Of a DNA stretch of 64,000 bases, positions 47,401 to 62,262 are shown one piece after another (positions within the stretch are counted from its first letter, which is position 1; the number at the start of each line of letters is the position of its first letter). The DNA comes from Klebsormidium nitens (taxonomy: Eukaryota; Plantae; Klebsormidiophyceae), in NCBI GenBank assembly GCA_000708835.1, contig DF237419.1:8782-72781 (forward strand), given 5' to 3'. The notes below the pieces were generated by a model. It searched no databases, was not told the origin of the DNA, and saw nothing but the letters and a program-made list of their open reading frames with translations. Position numbers and translations under genes: made by a program.

Positions 47401-50400
47401 AGGGCGTTTGCGACATCCTGCTTGTTCCTTACGAGCTGAAAACTGATTTATGTAGGAACTCCTGAGGGTCATCTGGCTAAAGACAGGTACTTCATTACCA
47501 GTCGCTCCGTCTTTCGACATCCACCGACCCTAATGAAGCCTGAAAGTGGCTCAAGAAGTGCCCGGGTGTCTCCCCCAACAGCCTAATGAGGCCTGAAAAG
47601 TTGCTCAAAAGGTGCCCGGTTGTTTCCCCCAGGTACGGCCTGAGCGTCGTGAGCAGCCGCAAGTTCAGCGACCCGACCATCCCGCACCAGTGGCGGACGC
47701 TGGTGCCCTTCTCATACGCTATGGTGTCCGGCGTCATCGGCACGCAGTCCGTGCTCTTTGCAAAGTCGCTGTGAGTCCTGCGTGCAATACGAGATCGATC
47801 TGTCCCGCAAAGAGGGGAATGCTTATCGCTCTGTGTTATTTCCTTCTTGCTTGAGCTTGATTGGGAGATTGGAGGGCCGTCAGAGCCGTCTTCATCAAAG
47901 GGGAGTTTGCGGAATATAGGTTGATATGGAAACTCCTGTCGAGAAGGCCAAGTGAAACCCTTCAGGCGCTGCGCTTGAAGTGCTCTGCGCGTTCCTGTGG
48001 GGACTTACTTTGCGCGGAAGGCCTGAACCTCCGGAAATGACAGTCCAGATCAAATTGTCTCCCCCCTGGGTTGATAGTTTCTTGTGCTCGGAAGGGGGGC
48101 GGTCAGTTAGAAGTTAACAGGGCGTCAATTCCTCTTTGTTGGTCTGGTGAATCGTGGTTTTAACCAGTTGGAGCATGAGTCCCTTCTGATACATAGGACG
48201 TTAGTAAGGGAGGCAAGTAGGAGAGGACGCGACGAAGTGGAGCCACGTCATTGTGCAGGTCGGTTCTGATGCGGCTGACGATGCACGGCGACAGTCAACT
48301 GGACGGCTGGTTCACGTATGCAGTGGCCATTCTCTTCGCCCTGACCGCGGCGTTCTGGGTAAGGCCCTGCATCGCGATCTGATCTCAACACAGTTTTGCG
48401 GTGTGCTGTGATAGGTAGCGAAAGCGGTTGCGAAGGAACCGCTCTTCCGCACGGCATTTTGGCTGGTCATGAGCTCGAATCTTGCTAACGGCAATGAATT
48501 GGGTTGTGTTGCCTCTTCCATTGTCCGCTTGTTCCCCGTCCTTATCAAAACACGAGAGAAAGGCGATCCTGCGCTTTGCATTGAAGGAACGTCAAAGTCT
48601 GTACATGGGGTCTTCATGTGATGATGGGACTTATCATGGGACCTCTAATGCGACTTGTTCTGGGACGCATACTCTCACGGACTCAACTTTTCGTGGAACT
48701 CATCTCCTCTGTTTTCTCGTCGAAGATGGCGCGGCTGAACCAGGGGCTGGCCATGTTCGACGCGATGCTGATCGTGCCGATGCTCCAGATCGTGTGGACC
48801 TTCTTCTCCATCTTCACCGGCTTCATCTACTTCAAGGAGTACCAGGTGACGTCACGCTGGCGTCACCGAGTCACCAGCTATTGCGATGCAAACCTTTAGT
48901 GTTGGCAGTATCACATCGTTGCTGTGCCGACATAGACCCCTTTCTGCTTTTGTCTGCTGGACGCTGCAATTGCATAAGGGATGTCGTCGGGAAAATTGGT
49001 TTGGGAGTAATCGTTATCGCTTCCAATGGACGGGGTTTTGTGCCTGAGAGAGACTTCGCAGAGCAGGGTCGCTGCAAGGACTCAAACCACTTTCATCGCT
49101 TCCCCGCCTGCCTTTGTTGTAAAAAGGGCGTCAGGGGACAGCTCTTGCGGCGCTGGAGGATACCGTCTTTCACCTTGTTCACCCGTCTGTAGATCTAGAT
49201 CTGATCATGAGAAGTTACTAATTGGTTCACTTCGCTCATTCTCGGGATTGCGGTTATGAAGCCGCAATTGCAGCCGAGGAGTTACATAATGTCAAAAGAC
49301 GGCGAGAGACGACGTGGTGAACCGGCATTTCCGTTCGATGTCGTCAGCAGCCTAAAGGGATCCCTCGTGTCGCGCAGGTGTTTGACGGATTCCAGGCCGG
49401 CATGTTTAGCATCGGCATCTTCTTCCTCTTCTGCGGGATGTACCTCCTCGCGCCTAAGCCAAACAAAGGTGCGTTCTAACCATCAAGACCAGATTTGGAG
49501 ACCTCCGGGTTTAAAGTTCACGGTCTAGGGGATCATGGTCAAAGCCCAGAACTTGAAGCCATGTTTCCGGACGTCCGGCGCCTCCGTCAACGGACTTTCA
49601 GCTTCGCAAGAACGTGTGTCAGCCCTTTCTGGGAACTCGAGCACGGAGCGTCCGAAGCGCACCTGAGGCTGTCCGAACGCGCGACACGGCGTTTGGAGCC
49701 CTTCAACAGCGTACGAAAAACAGTCCGGACAATCGAGTGCATGTTTAAGATTTTCAGTATTCTCTGGTCAAAGCCGCTTTGACCAAGATTTCGATTGCCC
49801 GAAATATTGTTCCATTCTTTGCCGACAGTCTATAAGGCGGGGCGCGTCCGTCTCTTTTCTTGCATCTTGTGCTGATGCCGTTGCTTTTCGTACGCAGTTG
49901 CGGCGGCAGTGGTCGACGAGGAGGAGCTAGAAACGCTGCCGCTGGTCGCCGATCGGCAAAAACCCGGGTGAGCCCGCGTTCGGCGCTGGAAGGTCCACGT
50001 AGCAAGTGTACATGGCCACACGTGGCAAGTGCAGAAGGCCCTACGTGGCTAGTGCACGTGGTCTTTCACGTGCCAACCTTAAACGTCCTTGACACTGCCC
50101 TAGGAGGGTGATCGATTGGGCGCCTGGATTAGGATCCATTTTACCTATCTCCAGAATCAAAATCTCCCTGTCTCTGTCGCTCAGTCTCCTTCCTCGCGCA
50201 CTCAGCCCTCGTTTCGGTGCGACCGCAGGCTGTCTCCGGCCCCTAGCGCGAACTGGGACACCGAAGTGCAGAAGGCGTCCGTGCAGCCCGGCCTGGGGGC
50301 GTCCTCCGTGCACAAACGGCTCAGCTTCGGGGCGGCCGTCGGGAACACGCTCGACGAAGTGTCGTCCGGGGTTAGAGTGAGGACGTCGCAGAAGAAATTG

Positions 50401-51245
50401 GTTTTTTGAATTTGCGGTCAGCTTGATTTTGTCAATATTGCTCGGTTGTCCGCACATCCCGTCTTGGCCATCCCGAAACGCAACAGTAATCGTTCGTTCT
50501 TCCGAATGTCATACTTTCTCTGGGTTTTGGAAAGAAATCGAAGCTTGGAGAGAAACTTGCTTAAGTTTAGGGCCGAGCCGAGCTAAGTGGGCGTTCCCCA
50601 GTGTTTCCCGACATAAGAGCCAGAGAAGAGTTGATGGAAGATTAGTGGTTGCAAAACCCAAAGAGGGCAAGGATCCGGGACGTCGGTCTGCGAGCCCGTC
50701 AACTCTGACGGCTTTGACGGTCTTGTGGTCGGTGTCAAAGTTCCTCTTCTAGAAAGCCGTTGTGATCCTTTGTTGGAAAATTGGAAAATCGTACTCGTTG
50801 GGTAGTCGCGTGTAGCCCCACCGCAATGCCCGTTCAAGGCCCGTCCGCAGTTTCTTCTGACCCTCGCCATCCCTCCCTTTCCGGGCGCCTTTTCTCTGTG
50901 GGTGTTCTCTTTTGATTGAAAGTGGTGCCTGCTGTACTTCTGGCCTCCCAGGTAAAGTCCTCACGGTAAAGTGCTAACGGTGGAAGTGTGAAACAGAAGA
51001 AAACACAGGTCTTCATCTTTTGTGCGCAGTCCGCATATGACGTCAGCATGGGCATGGGGCCCGAGTCGGTACACACGGGGACGATCTTCACGATGCCAAT
51101 GATTGCGAGCTCGCGCGTGAGTTGGCGGCGGGGTGCCGGGTCCGGGGACGAGTGGGCCCCCGGAGAGGCGCACCCCGACTTTGACGACGAATTCGAGTTG
51201 CCCCTCAGCATCGAATCCGAGCCGTCCGAATGTTCGCTCCGGTAA
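44488..51245 (+). CDS. NIPA8: NIPA-family magnesium transporter (plant NIPA8 type), multi-exon
   Basis: MGEWVIGACINFVGSIGINFGTNLLKLGH, GNALNFISFGYAAQ|SLLAALGSVQFISN, SGVIGTQSVLFAKSL, MARLNQGLAMFDAMLIVPMLQIVWTFFSIFTGFIYFKEYQ. The C-terminal SMGMGPESVHTGTIFTMPM resembles the NIPA8 tail. Confidence 0.88.
47530..47641 (+). repeat. 53-bp tandem duplication of branch point, polypyrimidine tract and acceptor in a NIPA intron
   Basis: ctaatgaagcctgaaagtggctcaagaagtgcccgggtgtctcccccaa vs ctaatgaggcctgaaaagttgctcaaaaggtgcccggttgtttcccccag|gtac. The upstream copy has AG>AA. Confidence 0.85.
49995..50074. promoter_or_regulatory. Cluster of five ACGT-core (ABRE/G-box-like) motifs inside a NIPA intron
   Basis: ccacgtagc (49995), cacgtggc (50019), tacgtggc (50042), cacgtggt (50055) and cacgtgcc (50067) within 80 bp. 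Function is inferred only. Confidence 0.4.
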
Positions 51246-51886
51246 TCAGTGCTTTAATGGTCCGGGTCCTGCCGCCGTTGAGCTCGTAGCAGGACCCTTG
51301 CCTGCTTTGGGAGTAGTCGGAAGTTCGAAAATTCTGAATACCTAAGTTATGTAGCATGCGTAGCCTAGTGGGGTTATGGCATACCGCTAGGTATTGGGAC
51401 AGACTCCCTGTAATGAGAAAGGGGAGCAGGATTAGTAGCCACGATATCAGCTGCAGTCGGCAAGCTCAGTAAGCTCGTGCACTGGATCAAAAGTCTGGCA
51501 GTTTATCATGTAACAGAGGGTTACGGACCAGCCTTCCGCACCCCGTGCTTTGTGCATCAGGGCGCTTCTCGATGGAGACATTAAACGTTTTAGGTGGTTG
51601 CTACGAGAGGGGCGGCATCTCGTTTAGGCGCACCGCATGCGCATTGATGTCCTGCCTGCTTTGATCCAAACAAAACGGGTAAACGAGCAGCGAATCGCAG
51701 GTGACAAGCACTCCCCATGACCCTTGTAAACACCAGTGATGTAGACGTCCCTGTTTGATTGCACATTGGGCGTTTGATGTCATATTGTCAACTTGTAAAT
51801 GCAATCCAAGATTTTCCTTGATACATACTCATGGCGCTTCACTATTCAAAACCTGGTATGACTTTGCGACTCCATTATCAGATTAT

Positions 51887-51940
51887 CAATGCCCACGATC
51901 TGGCAATTAATAGCACTGCATGCCCAAATCGTGGGCATTG
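51887..51940. repeat. Perfect 13-bp inverted repeat (28-nt loop) in the NIPA/kinase convergent intergenic region
   Basis: caatgcccacgat (51887-51899) ... atcgtgggcattg (51928-51940). Confidence 0.8.
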
Positions 51941-52873
51941 CATGCATCGCTTCGCTCTCACTTACAAGTCGATCTCAATTGTCCATGCGGCTGATCACTC
52001 CAATTCCCCTATAGCTCGTTGGCAAAGCGGCCGCCCGAGACTCGCAGGGCCAAATCATGCCGCCAGAAACGCGCATGATGGTTGCCTTTCAAACACTGTA
52101 AAATCTACGATACTTCACGTAGGAAAATGGACGTTCAGCGGTACATTTGCTTTTATATATGCATGCACCTGAACATGTGCATTGCATGTTGTATATAGTG
52201 ATGGTCAAGGGTCCGATCTATGAAATGATTAATTGCAAATATGGTCAATGCACACATGTGCAACAACTCGAAGGCCAAAAGGACTTAAGTAAATGAATAC
52301 GGAAGCCCATCATCACTGCATGGCGGCTGCAGACACGACTCAAACGAGCCCTTAAGGATCGATCGGATCAGAAATGGTCCTTGATCGATCGTGTGTCTAC
52401 GATGGCGGGCTGTCAATGTTGGTCGCTATCGTACATTTTAGTGTTTAAGTCGATAATTCGTCGGCGGTGGGTCGAACAGAAGAGTGACAACGTGGCGGTG
52501 AGTCGAACCCGGATAGAGTGACAACCCGGCCGTGAGACATGGTGCCCGTCGATCTCAAGGGACTGTTCCTACAGTCTCCGCTGTATGGGTGGAGCTTGCT
52601 GCAAAACCCGTTTGTGGGCATGCACACAACCGTTGAACACATCGTATTAATCAGAAGTGTCAGCAGTAGAAAAAAGAAAAGGGTTTCTGTTTCTTGTCAT
52701 TTTAACGAACGGTAAGAGGAGTGTATTGCAAAACATTGTATCGTGTTTTGTTTCCACTTTCAAAGATTGTTATATTTATTGTATGACTCCTATTCTCGGA
52801 CACCCTATACGACGGTATACAAGGCAACATCAAGACAGCTTCTCATGTCTCATGCCCAACGTTCAGAAGTGTC

Positions 52874-55800
52874 TCATTGTTGTGAAGATGAGGACAAAAT
52901 CTTGTGTACCAACTCGCCCAAGTTGTGGTCCTCAATCGCTTTCACCGCCCTCTCAATCGCCGTCCTTGCCAGCTGCCGCACCCGCTCACCCCCTTTCCCC
53001 TCCTCGATCAGACTCGCCATGTTGACCGCTAGGCAGAAATTGTACAACACCCCAAACTTGTAGTCCTCCACCAAGTCCTCAAAATCGTACCCCGCAAGCC
53101 GCTCCTGCATGCCCTCAACGTCCTCGGCGTCCGAGCCGTGCAGCGCCCCCCAGTACGCGTGTAGCAGCTTCTTCTCGTGCTCCCGTCGCACCGCGGGCTC
53201 CAAGCTCTGGCTCAGAAAGTACCCCACGTCGTGGGCCCCCCTCCCCGCGCAGCAGTCGCCGAAGTCAATGTACAAAAGGTTGGGCTCCTGCGTCACCCCG
53301 GCCGCGAGCGGCGCGGCCTTGTCGGCGTCCGCCTTCCCCCGCCGGATGTACACGTTGTCCAGGCGCAGGTCGCCGTGGAGGAGCGATCGGGGGGATCCCC
53401 CGAGCCGCTCGAGCAGCCCGGGGGCGGCGTCGGGGAGCTGGCTGAGGGGCGAGAGCAGGTGGTCGGGGATGACCCCCGGGAAGAGTTTGAGGGCGCGCGG
53501 CCAGGCGGTGCGGTACTCCTGGGGGTCGAACGCGAGGAATCGGGGCTCGTGCAGCTGGGGCAGCCAGCGCCACGTGTCGAGGTCGGGGGAGTTCCAACAG
53601 AGGGCCTGAAGAAGGTTTGGAAGGAATTTGGAATGGTTGCCCTTGGTAACCACTGGAATCCAAAAGCGACAGTGAGGAACACGCGATTTTTGATTAAACA
53701 GGTGGAAAGAACGGCATGCGAGCTTGTTCGAATTCCCTCGAACGGACTTCGCTCAGTCGATGAACGCTTGGCTCAGATTATCGACATCAGAAACAAATGC
53801 AGGCGAATGACATTGAAGGGGTGAGTGTCAGCAATGTCTCTAAGTACCCGGCCCCCGCTGCCTGCTTTGACCCAAGGTCAACCAGCCACTAGTTGTTTCA
53901 GGAGCGTAAAAGCAGGTCAACTTTAGCCCATATGTGTTGGAAGCAGTCAATCGATGCTTCGAGGACTGATGGAATTGGAGGTTGGGAGTCGAGATCCTTT
54001 TTCGCTACGTGTCCCTTTCCCAGCTTTTTGGTCCTGCAAGTGTTCAAACCTTCGAAGATGCTTCAAGGTGCCACATAGCCGGCGCTTCCCTCCAACCACA
54101 CCCATGTGCGAACGAATGTCTCGAATAATTGTTCAAGGCCTCAGCCGTACTAACCACGATTTTCCTCCCGAAATTCCCAGGCTTTCAACGCCTTCGGAAT
54201 CTCAGCAGCAGTAGATAGGGACCCTTTCATTTGCACGAGCTACGAAGAGATCCACAAGTACACCGAACCAGAAACAATCGAACAACACCAAAAAGTTCGC
54301 AATCGTTTTACCCACGTGAAAGCGCCCAATGTCCTGCATGACCCCGAGCGCCTCATCGAACGTGGCCCCCTTGATTTGGTCCAAAGGTTCAAAGTCTGAG
54401 ACGTCCTGCATCAGGATGCACAACCGAGCAGTGTCCGGTTCGTACTCGCAGAAGTAGATCTCGGGCGTCCGGATTGGCACCTTGTGGCGATTGACGGTTG
54501 CAGGGGTGGCTGCGGGGCGAGTGCCGAAATTCTGGTAGAAACGGGCCTCTCGCTCGTAGCTTCCATTCCTGTGGGAGATGAGGGGAAGACTTCTGAACGT
54601 TCTGCTTTGCTTGAGTGGTCCAGGCATAGCTCCTGACCGGAATAGTAGAAAGAAAATGTGGGAATCCAACTGGTAGATCAGCTCCTGGAACTCGCCTCCT
54701 CTATTGTGCCCTGTGAAGCGATGGCATCGATGAGCTAGTCAGATTCGCACAATGGTTGCAGGATGATAGCCAATGTTTTTAGGGAGAAGTTTTCGAAAAA
54801 TTTCAGTAATCATAGGTTCTGGCACCAGATACAAGGGCTGCATTTGGGACAATATCGAGGTTGTCACTTCTTGCATTCAATCACTCAGAAGGACTTGCTG
54901 CTTACTGCAGAACTCACCAAATTGTTTATAAACAAGACATTGAAACAGGTGATGCCCTTTCAAGCCTCTGGAGGGGCTTCGTCTGTGCTTCAATTGAGCA
55001 ACATACAAGTTGCTTTCCCCTTCTTATGGAAAGGGCAGACATGTAAGTATGAAGTAAAGTTCCAAAGGCAGTCCGCTTTCTCTGTAGGAGACTATCTCCT
55101 GAACTTTCCAGAAACGATTTGAGGTTTCCCAAAGACTACCACTGGTTAAGGGACTGACGAGCATGCTTGTTCTGCGCTCCAGAATACGACTTGTGAGAAC
55201 TTCATATGAAGCGGTTAATCAATGATTGTAACATAATGAAATCTCTTTTGAATGAAGTCACGATAATGTATCCGTCCTTAGGAGCCAGGTTGGTCCTGCA
55301 AACCAGAATGATGAAGCAGAAGCCAGGGTGATGGCTTTACTTTTCTCTCAAAGTATGAACTCTGGCAATCAGAAAAAAGGTACGCAAGCCAAACGGAGAG
55401 ACAAATCAAGGAGAATCAACAAGAACAGTCCATTCGATGGCTTCATCTGGCCTCACCTTATTGCAAAAGCGCGTGCTTCATCTGAGGGGTGTGCAAACTT
55501 GGCCACCAGCCCGGAAGGTGCATGCGTTCCTGGTGCGCCGATGTATGTCACTTTCAGTTTGTACAAGGCAGACACAAGGCCGACACCCTCGCCAACCTGC
55601 TCAGAAGAAAAGGACTGCACTGCAGAGTCTGCACCAATTGCCCCTGACGTCCTCAGAATGTCGGTTAGCCACGAGGTTGAAAACTCCTTGATGTTGCTGG
55701 GGAAGGAGGCTTGAGGGGCGGCCTGGGTTGAGTAAGACGCATGGATTGTTGAGAGGCGGGAGAAAGTGCTGCTGTTGGTGGATTGAGAAGTGAAACCTCT

Positions 55801-56298
55801 GGAGCTTGAGAGGCTTGTGAAGGTTGATGAAAGAGGGCCTTGCAAGAAGGGCTGGTGGAAGGGGGCGACCAGATTGTGTCCAACTCGTGCAAGCGCACTT
55901 TGGCCCCCTAAGTCAAGGCCATCGCACAGGCTCCCTGCTTGGGGTGACAATGCTGGAAAGTCATTTGGCTCTAAATTGGGTGTGCTTGATGAGACAAAAG
56001 GGAAGGGCAAGCGAAACCACTGCATGCAGGGGACGGCAGGGAATCTGGACGAGGTTACTTGAGAATCAAGCGAGCTGGAGCTTTCATTGGGGCTGGAGGA
56101 AACTGTTTGCTGTCGACTTGTCCTGCATTGGAGCTGTGCACTTGAGTCACTGCTGTCTGCGTCCAACACGCCACAGCGTACGTCAGACTGGCTGCTTCCC
56201 AAGCCATCATCGGCAATCAAGCATGAGATGGCCCGCCATTGCAGCCCCTTCTCTACGGCTCCGCAGACAGCACGTTGGCCCGCCTTCTGCATTGCCAT
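52874..56298 (-). CDS. APH/choline-kinase-fold phosphotransferase (EcKL/DUF227-like) with a long N-terminal, probably organelle-targeting, extension
   Basis: Exons 56298-55457, 54568-54316 and 53605-52874 join in frame. Motifs: FSTSWLTDIL, VGEGVGLVSALYKL, LVAKF, YEREARFY, LLHGDLRLDN (Brenner HxDxxxxN), LLYIDFG and DVGYFL. The first exon may hide an additional intron. Confidence 0.8.
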
Positions 56299-56563
56299 AA
56301 CGGCGTCTCTGCAAGAAGTGCGACAGGAGCAACGCCAACTTTGATTAGCTGCTTCAAGTTCAAGTTCTGCATGCCTCGTCTTGTCCTCTTCTAGAGCTGT
56401 TTAAGCCAACATGCAATGGGGCCTGTTAACCGGTCAGGTTGTGAGACGGGGTTCTGAGTGGGTTAAGTTGGCGGAGGCCGGCTGGTATTGAGCCGACCCC
56501 GCTTCTGGATTTATGTGGGGAACAGGAATTGCTCGGTTACGGTAGTTCCCACAGTACTCGGTA

Positions 56564-56895
56564 CAGCAGTTTCGGAGCAAGCTGCCCGGTTGCGATCGAT
56601 AGATAGGGTCTATTTAGATACTAAATTTTGGTTAAACTTTAGCTATTGCTTTGACGTCATCTAAACTATCCGCCCGTAGCAGCCGCCGAGATAAATGAAA
56701 GGTGGGTTTCAAGCCGTCGATCGTCTCAGCAGGATTCATCGGAAGGTACATAACTTCCACGTGGTAAAATTGTTCTCCATCATGACGTGAATTGGATTGG
56801 TAACGTAGCTAAACTTACAGTAAGTTTAGCCTAAACTTAGACTAAATAGACCCTATCTATGGATCGCAACCGGGCAGCTTGCTCCGAAAATGCTG
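56564..56895. mobile_element. Tc1/mariner-type MITE (332 bp), 54-bp terminal inverted repeats, TA TSD
   Basis: The left TIR 56564-56617 (cagcagtttcggagcaagctgcccggttgcgatcgatagatagggtctatttag) matches the reverse complement of 56842-56895 at 52/54 nt. It is flanked by TA on both sides and has CAG termini. Confidence 0.88.
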
Positions 56896-57014
56896 TAATG
56901 AGAATCCAAAACGGACCTTGTAACCAGGGCCCAAACATTCTGGGTTATGCCTCCCAAAACGGGCAGGTTATGTAATGCCTCAGAGTCACAGACCTGTATG
57001 TAGCAACGCAAACT

Positions 57015-57668
57015 GTGAACTTGAAGTTGAAGACAATTTTCTCTGTCATCAGACAACTTTTCTTTGCCAAGACTCAGAGTCGAGTCGGAGCCTGTTCTGG
57101 GGCGCTCTCTAGGTCGTTCCCTCCCGCACAAGCTGCTCTTCCTTACTCTTTGTCACGCAGCATTGCCCAGCCACTGTGCGTGGCCTGTATTGGGACCATG
57201 AATGCCTTCCCGCGGGGCTACTCGGTGGCATTTCACTGCGCGGGGCTAAAGGCAAATCAGTGGCGGCTGCTGCGCAACGAGCTCTTCAAGGTGCACGCGA
57301 AAGTCCTCTTCCGCGCGCCCGACACTCGGGGCCCCGTCTCGCTGTGCTACCTGACGAAGCCCGAGCAGGAGGTAACGCACGCAGACTGGAAGAGCTTTCT
57401 GCAGCGGTTGACAAAGTTGGCGGGGGAGTACGACCTCCTGCTGCTGGCGGGGAAGTACAAGGATAGCCTGCTGAACCACGTGGATCTGCAGCGCATGATC
57501 ACCATCGAAGACACGGCGCAGCTTCAGCTTGTGAGCTACATCAATTCGCTGAAGTACCAGCCGAATGTGGCGCTGCGGGGGGCGCTTGCGATGAGTCAGC
57601 AGTGCATAGCGATGGCAAAGTTTGCACATGAGAGGGAACAGGAGGGCGAGAAGAAGGAGGAGGCCTAG
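57015..57668 (+). CDS. rpl10: Nuclear-encoded ribosomal protein L10 of the plant mitochondrial rpl10 type
   Basis: VAFHCAGLKANQWRLLRNEL, GPVSLCYL and YDLLLLAGKYKDSLLNHVDLQR parallel conserved blocks of plant mitochondrial rpl10 (FHSSG..SNQWRKLKN, GPTCILYL, DLLLLYGQY.STLV.HMD) as recalled. The conserved part (ATG 57198 onward) is intron-free with nuclear GC-rich codons. The true start is uncertain: the ORF-track start at 57015 is a GTG, and ...tttgtcacgcag near 57160 could be an acceptor. Confidence 0.78.
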   Translation: MNLKLKTIFSVIRQLFFAKTQSRVGACSGALSRSFPPAQAALPYSLSRSIAQPLCVACIGTMNAFPRGYSVAFHCAGLKANQWRLLRNELFKVHAKVLFRAPDTRGPVSLCYLTKPEQEVTHADWKSFLQRLTKLAGEYDLLLLAGKYKDSLLNHVDLQRMITIEDTAQLQLVSYINSLKYQPNVALRGALAMSQQCIAMAKFAHEREQEGEKKEEA

Positions 57669-58020
57669 TCTCTAATCAGGATTGGACTGTGTTTCAATAT
57701 TTTTAGCTTAGGAAAGGACAAAAACGGATCGTTAACAGTAGGTCAGAATGCAATAGCTGAAACAGTTGCCAGGTAGCAACGCCGATCAACATATGTGTCG
57801 TCAAAGGTCACAAACCGAGGCTCCATGCAGTTTAGTAGCAACTGTGTATAATAAAAGGTGGTGGCAAGACATCAGGCACCAGAAGAGATCCGCTAGCAAT
57901 TCTGTACGCTCTGAAGTGCAGCAGAGTCATTTACAAAGCCCCTCGATAGCGACAATTCTTTAAGCTCTTAGTATCTTGACACCGGTTGTTGTCCTGGTAG
58001 ATTGTGCGTCAAAACTGCAA

Positions 58021-62262
<4,242 letters not shown>

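Noticed and set aside
53109-53824. Overlapping long ORFs on both strands (53109-53609, 53177-53824, 53265-53663, 53293-53682)
   Set aside because: Shadow frames of the GC-rich last kinase exon.
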